From a virus (taxonomy: Duplodnaviria > Caudoviricetes), in IMG/VR virus record IMGVR_UViG_3300010397_000010, positions 1-61,825 of that record: a stretch of 61,825 nt of DNA, one strand, 5' to 3'. Positions 25,386-35,210 of the stretch are shown here, piece after piece. The position numbers and the translations under genes were made by a program. The notes below the pieces were generated by a model. It worked only from the letters and a program-made list of their open reading frames with translations, did no database searches and had not been told where the DNA came from. The number at the start of each line of letters is the position of its first letter. Within the stretch, counting starts at the first letter, position 1.

Positions 25386-26908
25386 CGACGTGCCCTTTTC
25401 TTCGCCTTCACATGGCGATGGGTTCTCATGGCTGCTCCACTGCAATTGCTCATCATTAAGACTCTCATCTTATTCCAAGGGATGACATTTAATGCTCCAT
25501 AAGCATTAGAATCGTAAGGTACGCCAACGGATGACCATTTCGGCACGCCTGCGTTCTGATCCGTTACCCCATACACCACCACAACGCCTGAGAAATCCCG
25601 ATTATACGCACCATAAGTTTGGAGGGCTTTAGCGATAATCTTGATCCACTGCGGCCAGTTCTGCGCGTCCACATTGAATGAAGGATCGAGTTGAATTCTA
25701 GCTCCCTGCGGAAGCGCGGAGGTGCTCCCTGCAATCTCATCGTGATGAGTAGCGGGGCAAGCGAAATATCCTCCCGTCCTATTGTAAGGAGTCGCGATAG
25801 CTAAGGCGTGGTCGATATGACCTGCGGCAATCTCCTCTGGCCTAACCGCTCCACCAAGGCCGCTGAATCCCGCCGCGACGTTGCTCAGACAATGCTGACC
25901 ACTTGGGCAAGCCGCACCCCATCCTTTGAGGTCATTAATATAAGCTCCTGCGGCTGACCATGAGCCATTCGAATATGAGGCTTCCCACATATCCAGCTCC
26001 TTCCCTGCGTAAGGGGAACCATCTTGCGCCATGTAGGCCACGACTAAATGATGATCGCTCCCGGTAGCGGGGACAGTTCCAGAAGGAATCGGGAAATTAA
26101 GCGTCATCCCTACAGGCCCATTACAATACTGAGTACACTTGACGGAGTAAATCGGATCTCCCGCCTTCGCATAAGCGAGGGCCATCCCATATCCCCCATT
26201 AGAGAAGGTGATATTCTTCGAGAGCTGATTCAGAATGCTCTGTTGGATCATCGTCGAAGAGTTAGGATCGATGGATGGATTCGGAGGGATAGGGGTATTC
26301 CAAAAGCTAGTCGGAGAGTAGATTCCAGAGGTATTCGGAGGAGGAGTAGGAGTTGATCCATTGTTGATGGTGAAGGTGGCGGTATCAACCTCACCTGAGG
26401 GAGACACTTTCTGCGTAATGGTGTGCTGACCATTTCCTACTTTAGTGGTGTCCCAAGGATTAGCGATTGAGGTTGATGCTGAAGTGGCATAGTCATACGG
26501 CGCTAATGTCTCACAATGCGTCGCCGTTCCGCTCATCGATGGATTATCGAGCCAATAACACACACCACTGATTCCGACTGGGTTAGGATTCGATGGATTT
26601 CCCGAAGGAGCGGTGAATATGTAGGCGTTCCCTCCAATCGTCAATCCATTCAGCCCAATCCCCCCACTCCGATTAGCCTGACCGCTTTCCGCTAGCGTAT
26701 AAGTGGCGGTGGGCGAGGGAATGGGAGTCGAGGTAATCGTGCACGTTGACAAAGAAGTGCATGAGCATGAGCAATTCGCCCCCGCTATTGAGCATGAACA
26801 AGATGGAGCGATAGCCCTAAGAATACGATCTATGGGAGAATGATGCTTTTTTGCCGCTACTCCGCTCATTGTGAGCAATAAAATTGTAATCGCAATCTTA
26901 ATCTTCAT
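25382..26908 (-). CDS. Secreted protein: Cys-rich tip, Ig-like domain, uncharacterised C-terminal domain
   Basis: Signal peptide; CSCS..CSCSC; WDTTKVGNGQHTIT; SFWNTPI...DHHL...EEIAAGHIDHALA. Confidence 0.8.
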   Translation of the reverse strand: MKIKIAITILLLTMSGVAAKKHHSPIDRILRAIAPSCSCSIAGANCSCSCTSLSTCTITSTPIPSPTATYTLAESGQANRSGGIGLNGLTIGGNAYIFTAPSGNPSNPNPVGISGVCYWLDNPSMSGTATHCETLAPYDYATSASTSIANPWDTTKVGNGQHTITQKVSPSGEVDTATFTINNGSTPTPPPNTSGIYSPTSFWNTPIPPNPSIDPNSSTMIQQSILNQLSKNITFSNGGYGMALAYAKAGDPIYSVKCTQYCNGPVGMTLNFPIPSGTVPATGSDHHLVVAYMAQDGSPYAGKELDMWEASYSNGSWSAAGAYINDLKGWGAACPSGQHCLSNVAAGFSGLGGAVRPEEIAAGHIDHALAIATPYNRTGGYFACPATHHDEIAGSTSALPQGARIQLDPSFNVDAQNWPQWIKIIAKALQTYGAYNRDFSGVVVVYGVTDQNAGVPKWSSVGVPYDSNAYGALNVIPWNKMRVLMMSNCSGAAMRTHRHVKAKKRARR

Positions 26909-26917
26909 CTTTATTCC

Positions 26918-27139
26918 TCAACTTTCTTTATTCCTCAGAAACTCTGCCAGCTTGTTCGCTAACTCCCTGCTGAGGGAGTAATCAGGGTCATCGTGGAGTT
27001 TGCACGTTATCTCCCCAGTGTGATCCCCCGCGCCATCCGTAAGCAAAACCGATGCAGGGGCAATGGCGATCATCTTTCCATCTACCAACTCTTCGGGTTG
27101 GTAGACGGGGAACTTAGGTTTCATTATCGGAATCTTCAT
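26918..27139 (-). CDS. Hypothetical protein
   Basis: GAGGGA SD. Confidence 0.6.
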   Translation of the reverse strand: MKIPIMKPKFPVYQPEELVDGKMIAIAPASVLLTDGAGDHTGEITCKLHDDPDYSLSRELANKLAEFLRNKES

Positions 27140-27151
27140 TCTTTCCCTCTC

Positions 27152-28396
27152 TCATTGCCATTGCGTCTTTCCGCTCCACCGCGTCTTGCCGCTGATCTGC
27201 GTGATTGGCGGAAAGATTGAATACTGGCAACTTGTCACCGCGCTTTGACTCCATCCAGAAGTGGTCGCCGCTGATCTCAAATAGCCAGTTGCGCTAACCG
27301 TCACCGGAACGCTATAGCTCGTCGTCGGGGTGCAGGTGTTAATTGTGTCTTGACAATAAACGATGGTCGGACTGGGTGAAGTGCTCGCCAGCGCGGATGT
27401 GAACGTATAGTGGGCCGAGGTGCCCCCTACAGGAGTGCAGGTAGGAGCTACCGTCACCAGAGTATAAGTGGCACTCACTACTGAACTATTGGTGTCTCCT
27501 GCAAGCGTTCCGAGAGCTTTAATGGTCTCGCTCACGCTAACGCTTACCGGAGTGCTATAGGTAGAGCCAGCCGAGCAAGTGCCTGGAGTCGCTGCTGCCG
27601 GAGTGCTCCCATCCGTGGTGTAGCAAATCGTCGCCCCACCTGTTGTGGTGCTGATGGTCACAGATTGAGCGGCATTATAGCTACCAGCGACGGGCGAGAA
27701 TGTTGGATCATCTACGGGCGGTGCGCCTTTTAAAGTGACGATCACGCATCCGTAAAATCTTGCGTTGCTGGATGATGCCGTGGCCGCGTAAGCTCCGGTA
27801 GAAGATACGTTGCGATCTTCCAGAATCATCAGCGGAGGGCCACCGCTTAGGTTCCCCTGCCTAGACGTATAATTGGTACCTGCGGTGATGGTGGAAACAC
27901 TCCCATTGGAGTAGCAGCCGCCTACCAGCAACTCAGTGGCTGCTGTGGTGGTTGCGGTGTTCGAGGTAGTCCAGCTTGTAGTTGATGTGCTATCGGTAGA
28001 GATCGCGCTTTTGTCAACATTGACGAACCCACCGGAATACTGCTCTGCAGCACATCCAAGATTGCCTGAGGTAGCGTTGCAGGTGATTACTTCACTGGCA
28101 TTGGTGGTTCCGAAGGTGGCACAGTAGAGCCAAACTTTTGCGTTGTTTCCACCATTGACCGGCCCTCCGCACACGCTGAACGTGTCGCTATTAGTGTCTG
28201 TGACGGAGGATGTTGAGCTGCTGCCTGCGCTCGTTCCAACCATCACCACAACGTTGTTGCCAGCCGTGGCACTGATCGCAGGGATATTGCAAGTGGCGCT
28301 GCTCGTGCCAGAGCACTTGTTTCCGTTGACGGGGGTCTGCGCCAGCGCGAGCGCAGATAGCCACAAGAGAGCCACGACAATCGGCGCAATCCGCAT
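27152..28396 (-). CDS. Secreted Ser/Thr-rich protein with Fn3-associated (chitobiase C-terminal-like) repeats
   Basis: MRIAPIVVALLWLSALALA/Q; PTFSPVAGSY...ICYTTDGSTP; TAATG coupling. Confidence 0.82.
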   Translation of the reverse strand: MRIAPIVVALLWLSALALAQTPVNGNKCSGTSSATCNIPAISATAGNNVVVMVGTSAGSSSTSSVTDTNSDTFSVCGGPVNGGNNAKVWLYCATFGTTNASEVITCNATSGNLGCAAEQYSGGFVNVDKSAISTDSTSTTSWTTSNTATTTAATELLVGGCYSNGSVSTITAGTNYTSRQGNLSGGPPLMILEDRNVSSTGAYAATASSSNARFYGCVIVTLKGAPPVDDPTFSPVAGSYNAAQSVTISTTTGGATICYTTDGSTPAAATPGTCSAGSTYSTPVSVSVSETIKALGTLAGDTNSSVVSATYTLVTVAPTCTPVGGTSAHYTFTSALASTSPSPTIVYCQDTINTCTPTTSYSVPVTVSATGYLRSAATTSGWSQSAVTSCQYSIFPPITQISGKTRWSGKTQWQ

Positions 28397-31300
28397 TAGT
28401 TCACCACCTGATAGCTGAAGCACTCTGGATTAGTGATAGGGGCTACTCCAATTGTGAGTGTAAAACTAGTAGCTGCCGTCCTCGCCGTAACCTGCCAAGG
28501 AGCACTCAGGAGTGCAGTATTACAGGTTACGCCAAGTGCGGTGCCCAAGGTTGCATCATTATTTATCAGAATGACGCTATTGGCCGTCACTGCTGTAGTG
28601 TTCACTGTGATACTGGTTGATCCCGCCGGAACATTAAACATCCCCACTGGAGCCGATCCACACACCGCTGGAGATGCAGACGAGGCGCATTTCGTCCCAA
28701 ACACGAGATGATTAGTGTCGAAGATCGTGTTCCCCGTTGCGCTGCTATTCAGGCTGAGTGGTGTGGTGATGCTCGTCGGATCAATGTTATTTCCGTCGAT
28801 CGTATTGTTGTTGCTGGTTGAATCGACGGCAACTCCCGTAGTGGCCGCACCATATAGCTTGTTGCTTGAAATGATATTCCTTGTCGAAGCAATCAGATCA
28901 ACCAAGGTGGACGCATTGCCTGACTTACCGTAAACCATGTTCCCAGTTACAAGGTTGTTCGATGTGGTGTCCAGAACAATCGTTTTTTGATTGCTGCCGA
29001 TGGTGGTGTTGCGAATGCTATTTCCACTCCCTGTGTGAACATAGAATATGTCTGAGGTCGTGGCACCCTTCTGCCCGATCAGTCCATCGAACCCGATACC
29101 CGTACTCCCTTCAATGTCGATGACATGAGAAGAGCTGCCCGTATTCGATGTCCACCCTCCAAGGAATTCTATGTTATACGCTTGGCTTGAAGATCCTCCG
29201 GTGACGTTATTCACATAAATACAAGCCACACCACAGCCATCCAACACATAGTTCGTAATGTGAATGTCGTCGCACGCAAATGATGTCCCGGTGCAGTTCG
29301 TCGGGTTGATGTAGACGCCATAATCCGTTGTAGCTGTCTCTAAACCATCAATGAAAATGTCATTGATCGCCGTCCCGTAGAGATAAAACCCCTTCATGTG
29401 ATTAGCCGATGAAGCGCCGTTATCGGCCACGAAGTCGTGAGTGAAAAACGTCGAGTTACTTGGTAAACCGCTCGTCGTATCCACACAGAACCCACACGTT
29501 GGCGTGGTACCAACAGTGTCGTTTTGTGCGACATTATCAATTACATTCGCGTTCACCGCGCTGTAGAAGTAAAAGTTCTGCACATGGCGATCAGACTCCA
29601 CTCCGCGAATTTCACCGAACATCGTGTATGTGAACGAGACGCCGGTTGCTGTACCCGTAGGCGCTACAGTCCTAATCGCCGTAAAGTCTTTGAGATAAGG
29701 GCCAAAGAGTGTAGTTCCAGAGGTTCCCGCAACCGATACAATCGTGCTGGTTGCACTATTTGACACGATCCGTGACGAGCCAGAATAGGCCCACCGTGCT
29801 CCAGTCCAGCCTGATTTCGCAGTTCCCTCAATGCCCACAAAGTTAGGGTTGCCATTCGACACAGAGATAGTGAGCGTCGAAGAACCGATGAGATAGTCTC
29901 TATCCAGAAGCTTTAAATGGCCACCTAAACTCAATGCGTTGATGGCGTTCTGCAAAGCCACATGGTCATCGGTGCCGGTTGTGCCGTTCCAATCTCCTTT
30001 CGCGTTCCACCACTCTCCAAACACTTCATTAGTCGCTGTGCCGAACTTGATCGCTCCCGTTCCACTCAGGCTGAACACTTGAGACATCGGAGCAGAGAAT
30101 CCTCCATTGATTGTGACCGTGGTGGAGGTTGGGACAACGAAGAATCCGCCCTCCATGATGACTGGAACAGAGAAGGTCAGGTTCGAGGCGATCTTGTATC
30201 CGCTCCCACTAACCTGAGTGAAGATAATTCCGCCAGTACAGGTCGATTGTGCTGTGTTCAATAAGGCTCGATTATCAGTGGTGCCATCATCCAACGCCCC
30301 AAGGGCCGCAGCGGAGCATTTCAATCCCGATGGAGCGCACGAGCCTTGCGTCGATCCGAGGTAACAGTGTGAACTTCCATCCCCACCGATCCACTGCGAA
30401 GCGTCGTAGCCACTGGGAAGAAGCACATTCCAGTAAGTTGCGTTCGGAGGAGCATTGCCAGTGGTCGAGGCGATAGCGATGTAATGAACGCCGCTGGAAG
30501 TGACCGCATCGTTGATAGCATAGGCCGTCGCTCCGTTGTATGCGCCCTTGCCGCTTGGAGTGCCCCACGTCTGCTTCGTCATATCCAGTCGGGTGAGCGA
30601 CCCGTCGTTGACTTGGAAAGGCTCGCTGCTGGTCACGACTCCCGCCGTGGTTATTCCGTCGTCAATATGCGAAGTAGAAGAGAGAGTCGAACTTGATGCC
30701 CACGTCGTCAGATAGCCGGTTGTGCCGGAGCCGGTGACTTTACCGTTGAGCTGCGTCTGGATGCTGCTGGTTGCATCGTTATAGGCCATTACGGTTGGCG
30801 TTACTCCATCCACTGTTTTGCCCGTCAGGGTGGATGGAATGTCCGCATCCGTAAGGGATTGATACCCCGGCGCGGCGGTTGAGCCGGTGTTATTTCCCCA
30901 AAACTTATGCGCGCCAGCGGTGGCGAGAGTGGCTGTCACTGCTCCAGTCGAACTGCTATTACTCAAAAGTGATCCATCGCCACTGAAGCTGCTCACGCCG
31001 CCAGAAGTTCCGTTGCTTGCTGCCGTGATCCTGCCCTTGGCATCTACGGTCAGATTCGTATTCGTGTAGCTTCCTGGCGACACGGCGGTATCGTTTAACG
31101 AGATGTTCGGAGTTGCTCCACCGCTTGAAGCAATCGGAGCGGTCGCAGTGACGTTCGTAACGCTTCCCGCGCTCGCTGCGTGCCATACTCCATCTGCGCC
31201 GCAATACTGAGTAGAGCTTCCCCCTGTAGGACAGGTCACAACCTGGGAGTTGGCGCTGCTCGCGCTGGTGATCGGTGTCCCGCCATTGATTGCGATTGAT

Positions 31301-32730
31301 GGCGCGGTCACTGCTCCTCCAAAGCTAACTTTTCCTGTTCCCGTCTTGATAGCGTAGTCCGTCGATCCCGCTCCCTGATCGTCGATCAACAGAGCATCGG
31401 ATTCCGTCGATCCACCATGAACATCCCCGATCTGGATTCCTTTTAAGGTCTGCCCATGAATCGCCCCTCCCATCTCATTTCGAATATCAATCCCTCTTAC
31501 ATCGCCACTCCCGAAGCCAGTGTTCAAGCCCATTTTTAGGCCAATGGTGTCAATGCCTGCGCCGGTTGCGGGATTATAGGCGTCGATAGCGACTGGGTTT
31601 ACATCCAAACTTAGGGCCGTTGTATTGTCGCTACGGAAGCCAGTCACCCCTCCATTAGAAAAGTTGTTACTCTGGTAATCCCCGCCCAAACTTATGATCC
31701 CGTCATTGTTGTGAACAATAAAAGGAATCGCCGCCCCAGTAGAGAAGATGTTCACCTGCGTCTCATGATGAGTTGGGAGAGGGCAAGACGCGCCGCACTT
31801 GAATACAGTTTGCCCACCTTCCACCTTGAGCGCGAAGTCGGTCGAGCCTGCTCCCTGATCGAGAATATGCAATGCATCCGATTCCGTCGAAGCTCCGCTA
31901 ACATCTCCAATCTCAGCCCCCACCTTATTGACCGCAAGATCAGGCATACTCTCCACAAGGACGCCATACAAGTCTTGCGGAGTTCCCGAATACTTCTTCG
32001 CCTGAACATCAACTCCGATAGCGGATTTCCCATCCACCGCCTCTGCCTCGACGATTAAAGGAGTCGAGTCTGATGTGGGATTGTCCGTGTCCCGCGTAAG
32101 GATTGATAAGCCATCTCCCGAGGTAGATGTAAGGTTCGCGCTCGATCCATCCGTTATGAACAAATCTCCATTGACGTTATCCACCACGAGGGAGCCGCCA
32201 CTATCGGCTCCAACCTCTAACCTTCCGCTTACGCGACCGAAAATAGCATCCCCACTCCCCCCAAATGTCCCAAGGGGATCGTTGAATTGGAGAGAGAATT
32301 GAGGGACTCCGGGTGTCGCTCCCCCACCTCCACCCCCGCTGCTCAAGGCTACTTTGATCGTCACCGGATTTAGGTATACATTAGGAGCAATCCCCCCACT
32401 CAGCACGACATCATAAGTTTGCCCGATGGCTGCATAAGCGAGCCAATATCCAGGTTGAGTCGATGAAGAGTTGTTAGCTGTGAATGGATTCCCGAGATGA
32501 GTGCCAATTGCGTCAGAATAGAGAGTAGCCTTAGTCAGAGTGCCCGTTAGGTAGATTGTCACTGAGCAGGAAGGGATGACTCCATCCAGATAGTTCGAGC
32601 TACTCAATCCCGACACTACAGCCTTAGTAGCTCCCTTTTGGCACCACCCATTAAGGGGCGCTACTTGGGCCATTCCCATAAGAGAAAAAGTCATTATGCC
32701 TAACAGGACTAATATCGCCTTCTTCATCAA
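28396..32730 (-). CDS. Tailspike-like protein with pectate-lyase-type beta-helix and N-terminal signal peptide
   Basis: TIYLTGTLTKATLYSD...NPFTA anchor-like domain; PGSYTNTNLTVDAKGRITAA fibre motif; AKGD..GTDDHVALQNAI beta-helix start; N-rich repeats. Confidence 0.8.
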   Translation of the reverse strand: MMKKAILVLLGIMTFSLMGMAQVAPLNGWCQKGATKAVVSGLSSSNYLDGVIPSCSVTIYLTGTLTKATLYSDAIGTHLGNPFTANNSSSTQPGYWLAYAAIGQTYDVVLSGGIAPNVYLNPVTIKVALSSGGGGGGATPGVPQFSLQFNDPLGTFGGSGDAIFGRVSGRLEVGADSGGSLVVDNVNGDLFITDGSSANLTSTSGDGLSILTRDTDNPTSDSTPLIVEAEAVDGKSAIGVDVQAKKYSGTPQDLYGVLVESMPDLAVNKVGAEIGDVSGASTESDALHILDQGAGSTDFALKVEGGQTVFKCGASCPLPTHHETQVNIFSTGAAIPFIVHNNDGIISLGGDYQSNNFSNGGVTGFRSDNTTALSLDVNPVAIDAYNPATGAGIDTIGLKMGLNTGFGSGDVRGIDIRNEMGGAIHGQTLKGIQIGDVHGGSTESDALLIDDQGAGSTDYAIKTGTGKVSFGGAVTAPSIAINGGTPITSASSANSQVVTCPTGGSSTQYCGADGVWHAASAGSVTNVTATAPIASSGGATPNISLNDTAVSPGSYTNTNLTVDAKGRITAASNGTSGGVSSFSGDGSLLSNSSSTGAVTATLATAGAHKFWGNNTGSTAAPGYQSLTDADIPSTLTGKTVDGVTPTVMAYNDATSSIQTQLNGKVTGSGTTGYLTTWASSSTLSSTSHIDDGITTAGVVTSSEPFQVNDGSLTRLDMTKQTWGTPSGKGAYNGATAYAINDAVTSSGVHYIAIASTTGNAPPNATYWNVLLPSGYDASQWIGGDGSSHCYLGSTQGSCAPSGLKCSAAALGALDDGTTDNRALLNTAQSTCTGGIIFTQVSGSGYKIASNLTFSVPVIMEGGFFVVPTSTTVTINGGFSAPMSQVFSLSGTGAIKFGTATNEVFGEWWNAKGDWNGTTGTDDHVALQNAINALSLGGHLKLLDRDYLIGSSTLTISVSNGNPNFVGIEGTAKSGWTGARWAYSGSSRIVSNSATSTIVSVAGTSGTTLFGPYLKDFTAIRTVAPTGTATGVSFTYTMFGEIRGVESDRHVQNFYFYSAVNANVIDNVAQNDTVGTTPTCGFCVDTTSGLPSNSTFFTHDFVADNGASSANHMKGFYLYGTAINDIFIDGLETATTDYGVYINPTNCTGTSFACDDIHITNYVLDGCGVACIYVNNVTGGSSSQAYNIEFLGGWTSNTGSSSHVIDIEGSTGIGFDGLIGQKGATTSDIFYVHTGSGNSIRNTTIGSNQKTIVLDTTSNNLVTGNMVYGKSGNASTLVDLIASTRNIISSNKLYGAATTGVAVDSTSNNNTIDGNNIDPTSITTPLSLNSSATGNTIFDTNHLVFGTKCASSASPAVCGSAPVGMFNVPAGSTSITVNTTAVTANSVILINNDATLGTALGVTCNTALLSAPWQVTARTAATSFTLTIGVAPITNPECFSYQVVN

Positions 32731-32744
32731 AACTCCCTCACCAT

Positions 32745-32782
32745 AAAAAATGGCCTTTAGAGACTTAAATCTCTAAGGCCAT
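32745..32782 (-). terminator. Hairpin plus T-run directly ahead of the tailspike SD
   Basis: ATGGCCTTAGAGA...TCTCTAAAGGCCATTTTTT on - strand. Confidence 0.55.
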
Positions 32783-32847
32783 GCGCTTTAGCCCTCGAAA
32801 GGGAAGCGTCAGAATCCATCCGCAATGTGCGCTTATTCTACTCCACT

Positions 32848-33795
32848 TTAAGGAGAAATAGTCGAGCTAAGGGGCCCTCCCACCATAGAGGATGCAACAC
32901 TTTTCCCTTTCCTCCTCTCCCATCCCACTTCAGAAGGAGTTATCGAGGTTGGGTGATGGCATATTTTGGCAAAGGGACAGGGGGAGTAATGGAAGCAGGC
33001 TGACCTTCTCATTGAGAGCGATTTCTTCTCAATCTCATCCGCAATCTGAGTCATTTCGGCTAATATCTCCCCCCTCTTAGGCGGAGAGTAGTCCACATTG
33101 ATCGTATGCACTATCCCCTCGAATGCGTTATCGGACTGCATCAGTTTGAGCCATTCCAAGGCGCTCAGATCAGTCTGCTCCCTATATCGTCGCTGCCACC
33201 TCGGGCCGAATTTCTTTACATGAATCGGCTGGATTCTCATCCCTCCAGTCTCAGGATGAGTGAAGGAGGTTGTCCACGGGGATGGACGATAACCCTTCCT
33301 AAGCTGCCCAATTTCGATAATGTTGATAAACATAGGAAGTTTCATCGAGTAAATATCGCCTATAGTGCGCCATGACGATAATTCCTCCTGCTCCCTCAAG
33401 GGAGTCCAATTCGCCGTCAATACCACTCTTCGAAGGCGATTATCAGGCAGAATGAATGACAATGGCTGGTAGCTGAATCCACTAACCTTCGTCCACGGAC
33501 ATAGCTTCCACGCTCCCGTCGCGCCCACCAAATAAGCACAAATAGTCTCGATTAAGTTGGCGTGATGAGTCGCTTGGGCATAGATGTCCCATCCATTGAT
33601 ATCGAGCCCCGGATTGGCTGCGAGAGAGATGAAGTGTTCTCTCGCTCCAGTAGGGGAGTTGGTTAGCAATCCCACCCTAAGGGACTCATTGAGCGCGGAA
33701 TGGAGGGGGATGCGAGGAAGCTCGAATTTAGATGACCAAGTTTGCTTCCTTGGGCATTGATCGAACCTCATCAGATCGTCTGAATCGAGCATCAT
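32848..33795 (-). CDS. Cas4-like protein with Fe-S-type cysteines, catalytic motif apparently lost
   Basis: FDQCPRK and CFHYSPCPFAKIC mirror 17647-18981; no PD..D/ExK found. Confidence 0.6.
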   Translation of the reverse strand: MMLDSDDLMRFDQCPRKQTWSSKFELPRIPLHSALNESLRVGLLTNSPTGAREHFISLAANPGLDINGWDIYAQATHHANLIETICAYLVGATGAWKLCPWTKVSGFSYQPLSFILPDNRLRRVVLTANWTPLREQEELSSWRTIGDIYSMKLPMFINIIEIGQLRKGYRPSPWTTSFTHPETGGMRIQPIHVKKFGPRWQRRYREQTDLSALEWLKLMQSDNAFEGIVHTINVDYSPPKRGEILAEMTQIADEIEKKSLSMRRSACFHYSPCPFAKICHHPTSITPSEVGWERRKGKSVASSMVGGPLSSTISP

Positions 33796-35210
33796 TGCAA
33801 TAATGACTGAATCGCATGACCCGTAGGGAGCGAAGGAGTGTGGCTCGCTTCAGGTTCCATGTCAGGCATGAAGAGATATCGAATAGGGAGTGAATTGATA
33901 GTCTGACTTCCTAATGCGCCCGAGATAGCCTCTCTCGCCGTCCGTTCTCCCTGAGTAAGTTGGGAAGGAAATCCCATTCCAATCTTCTGATTAGCGGTCG
34001 CAAGGGGGTCGATAAATTTAGTCGGGCTCGCCCCGAGAGTAGCTCCTGCGCTTGCCCTCATTGGATGCAGATATTCTCCAATATGGAGCTTTTCTCTCAA
34101 CAGCGCCCCTTTAGACTTCGCGGATTGAGCGATAAGTCTATCCTTCTCCTTCTGGACATTATCAGCTACATCATAGAGGATAGATTGCTTTCTCTTTAAG
34201 TCCTGAAAATATCCAGCAGGCTTTCCCGCTTGCTGATCTGCCGTTGAGTAGAGCATTCCATTCAACGACTCATTAGCAGCTTGATCTGCCGCGAGTTCAG
34301 CATCCAGCTTGATCTTCGCCGCTGCGCTCGACGGAGCTGCGTTGCGATATCCTCTGATTTTCTTCGCCAGCATTGAGCGCTGTTCGTCGAGAGTGCCTAT
34401 TGTCCACCCTTCCTTCTCAAATTCCGCCGCCCTCTTACGAAGCGAATTAGCCGTAGCCCTTCCTTCAGCAGTCAATTCCATTGCGGGGGTGATTTTGGCT
34501 CGAATCGCATTTCCTACTGCGTTAGCCGCAACAGGTTGATTAGCGATTGGAAATAGCGCTTTCCCATACTCATCCTGCAAGCGGCCATTCGTGTCATTAA
34601 CCACTTTCTCAAATTCTCCAATAGTCTTAGGCGACTGGCCCCCACTTGCGGCGACCGTTTTATCGAAGTCGGGAATCAAATTAGCTACTGCGCTCTCTCC
34701 CGCCTCAATACCCGCCCCCGAACTCAATCTAGCTGCCCTTGAAGCAGGCCGGAGCCATGAGGCGACCTTGGCGATCCCCAATCCTCCGAGTTGATAAGCT
34801 CCCTGCTCTAGTCCCGAGAGAGTAATATCCTTCGCCGCCTTCGATGAAGGCTGGTTGCCGTATTTCTCAGGCTCCAGAAGCCGCTGCATTGACCTTCCTG
34901 CCGATCCCCCGAGCGCAGCCATCCCAACTCCGGCAGCAGGGCCAGCAGCCTCACCTACCGCCCCGAACGCAGTTCCCATCGTCATTGGGAGATTCTCGGT
35001 CTGGTATCCACTCAGCGCATCTCCAATGGCCTTCCGTCCCTCCCACGCTCCCTTTAGAGCGCCCATTAAGGTTGGGTGGTCAGTAGGCAATGAAGATTGA
35101 GCCTGTTGAGGGGGGAATTTAGCTCGCAGCACATTCTTAATGGAATCATCATCCATCGAGTCGGGAAACTCGCCAATGGTGCCGTCAGGAAGTTTAATCT
35201 GCTTGGGCAT
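33792..35210 (-). CDS. Internal virion / ejection protein
   Basis: IKLPDGTIGEFPDSM N-terminal motif; Gly/Ala-rich hydrophobic segment. Confidence 0.65.
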   Translation of the reverse strand: MPKQIKLPDGTIGEFPDSMDDDSIKNVLRAKFPPQQAQSSLPTDHPTLMGALKGAWEGRKAIGDALSGYQTENLPMTMGTAFGAVGEAAGPAAGVGMAALGGSAGRSMQRLLEPEKYGNQPSSKAAKDITLSGLEQGAYQLGGLGIAKVASWLRPASRAARLSSGAGIEAGESAVANLIPDFDKTVAASGGQSPKTIGEFEKVVNDTNGRLQDEYGKALFPIANQPVAANAVGNAIRAKITPAMELTAEGRATANSLRKRAAEFEKEGWTIGTLDEQRSMLAKKIRGYRNAAPSSAAAKIKLDAELAADQAANESLNGMLYSTADQQAGKPAGYFQDLKRKQSILYDVADNVQKEKDRLIAQSAKSKGALLREKLHIGEYLHPMRASAGATLGASPTKFIDPLATANQKIGMGFPSQLTQGERTAREAISGALGSQTINSLPIRYLFMPDMEPEASHTPSLPTGHAIQSLLQ

